Assembly: GCA_002427525.1 (NCBI GenBank)
Contig: DIRP01000002.1
Location: forward strand, 16,997 to 80,996
Direction: 5' to 3'
Length of the DNA: 64,000 nt
From: Bacteroidales bacterium UBA5433
GTDB lineage: Bacteria; Bacteroidota; Bacteroidia; Bacteroidales; UBA932
Shown: positions 62,980 through 64,000 of the stretch, piece after piece
Position numbering within the stretch: the first letter of the stretch is position 1
Layout: each line of letters begins with the position of its first letter
Program-made: the position numbers and the translations under genes
Notes under the pieces: model-generated
What the model saw: only the letters and a program-made list of their open reading frames with translations
What the model was told of the DNA's origin: nothing
The model's database searches: none

Positions 62980-64000
62980 TCAATTACTTCCTATGGTACG
63001 TATAACATCTTTACCAAAAGACTTGTTCATGAGTTTACGATTACGGGGTTTCCATGTTCCGTCTTCCATTTCACGTTTCATGACCCTTGTAAACAGTTTG
63101 GTCATTTTTAGTTCCTGTGATTCGTCTTTATAGAAGGAACTCCAGGCATATTCATACAATTCCTGCAATTTTTCTGCTGTGACTTGTGCAGGTTTGTACA
63201 CAACCTGTCCGGCGTTGTAGTGATCCCAATCGTAGTCCGTAATACGCCCTTTTCTCATAAGGTCATCGAAAGCTTTTGTATGCGGGAAAGGGGTGAGAAT
63301 CGTAAATTCTGCCAGGTCCAGGTCAATTTCCAGCAGAAAATCAATCAGGCGGCGCATGTCATCTTCCGATTGGTTATCAAGCCCCAGAAGGATTGTTCCT
63401 TCTACGCCAATTCCATAGTCGTGGTACCTTTTAATCCTTTCTTTGATATAATCCGAGGTGTCAAAAACGGCTTGATACACATACCAGGCACCGGCTTGTG
63501 CAGCCAGGTCCAGGATTTTGGGGTCGTCTTCAATAGTATGGCTGACCCACTTCTTTTTCAATGGTATAATTTCTTTGAAAAGCTGTATTTCCCATTCCTT
63601 GTCCTGCGCCAGTGAATTGTCAACAATAAACAGCCGGTTGTTATCGATACCTGCCATTTCTTCAATGACTTTATCGTAAGGACGGGGTCTGAAAGACCGG
63701 CCTCCCAGGTAAGAAACAGCACACGGATAGCAGTTAAAACGGCAACCGCGTGAAGCGTGGAACAAATCTACCATCTGCACACCTTTGTGGTTGTACAATT
63801 CCCTTTTGTACAAATCCCTTCTGGCAGGACCCACTATTCCAATGGGCGGATGTTGGCCCATATAGTTATATACTTTTTTCAATTTTCCGTTCTCCCAATC
63901 GGCAATAACCTCTTCCATACGTCCTTCCGCCTCTCCAAGGAAGATGGCATCTGCATGCTCCAGTGTTTCTTCTGCATGAAGCATGGTAGAAATGCCTCCA
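62980..64000 (-). CDS. B12-binding-domain radical SAM protein (class B), N-terminus outside window
   Basis: CRFNCYPC CxxxCxxC motif (63721-63744). The frame stays open to the window edge (...GGISTMLHAEE.L..ADAIFLGEAEG is the end of a cobalamin-binding domain). The C-terminal part resembles the DUF4070-type extension. Confidence 0.85.
   Translation of the reverse strand, partial: GGISTMLHAEETLEHADAIFLGEAEGRMEEVIADWENGKLKKVYNYMGQHPPIGIVGPARRDLYKRELYNHKGVQMVDLFHASRGCRFNCYPCAVSYLGGRSFRPRPYDKVIEEMAGIDNNRLFIVDNSLAQDKEWEIQLFKEIIPLKKKWVSHTIEDDPKILDLAAQAGAWYVYQAVFDTSDYIKERIKRYHDYGIGVEGTILLGLDNQSEDDMRRLIDFLLEIDLDLAEFTILTPFPHTKAFDDLMRKGRITDYDWDHYNAGQVVYKPAQVTAEKLQELYEYAWSSFYKDESQELKMTKLFTRVMKREMEDGTWKPRNRKLMNKSFGKDVIRTIGSN

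Noticed and set aside
1-64000. A search for CRISPR arrays, tRNA/rRNA genes, IS elements, integrases, prophage or toxin-antitoxin modules.
   Set aside because: I saw no regularly spaced repeats and no cloverleaf-like GC-rich intergenic segments. The only long intergenic region is about 30% GC. No transposase- or integrase-like ORFs are present, and every ORF over 100 aa outside shadows is accounted for by the calls above. Covariance-model scans (tRNAscan/Infernal) would be needed for a definitive negative.

Overview
This 64-kb window is densely coding. I support about 55 CDSs and recognised no rRNA, tRNA, CRISPR array, transposase or integrase. It looks like a Bacteroidota (Bacteroidales-like) chromosome: TAnnTTTG -7 promoter boxes sit in front of many operons, there are many lipoprotein signal peptides, and a TonB-dependent receptor is paired with a DUF4249-like gene. 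All functional calls come from motifs I recognise by eye in the supplied translations; no searches were run.

Main blocks:
1. 1-5344: a tungsten module. A WtpA-like tungstate/molybdate-binding lipoprotein, an unknown tandem-domain lipoprotein, ThiS/MoaD-like and ThiF/MoeB-like genes sit divergent from an aldehyde:ferredoxin oxidoreductase.
2. 5345-21596: htpG, a 1098-aa secreted multidomain protein, a DUF3810-like gene, an ECF sigma module with two DUF2807-like paralogs, a dipeptidase, a beta-lactamase-family hydrolase, pyrD, an HTH regulator with a poly-Q tract, a 0.5-kb AT-rich repeat-bearing intergenic region, queA and a K+/H+ antiporter.
3. 21687-33425: an 11-gene lysine fermentation operon (atoD, class-III aminotransferase, kce, kdd, kamA, P-loop protein, MutS-like ATPase, kamD, kamE, atoA, thiolase).
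4. 33512-41217: an acyl-CoA ligase, queH and an RND efflux triad.
5. 41236-47616: a TonB-dependent receptor locus.
6. 47700-57589: an 8-gene peptidoglycan/MurNAc salvage operon (GT2, SpoIID-like, ampG, namZ-like, GH18, amgK-like, murU, MalY-like).
7. 57582-64000: oxidoreductases, a phosphodiester-glycosidase-like gene, and a radical-SAM / small protein / hydrolase / PaaK-like ligase string cut by the window edge.

Most interesting candidates:
- an AmgK-like kinase fused to a RapZ C-terminal domain;
- an uncharacterised P-loop + MutS-domain-V ATPase pair embedded between kamA and kamDE, a possible B12-aminomutase reactivase;
- a class-III aminotransferase occupying the place of kal, suggesting the transaminase variant of lysine fermentation;
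- the mixed cytoplasmic/periplasmic operon facing the tungsten enzyme.
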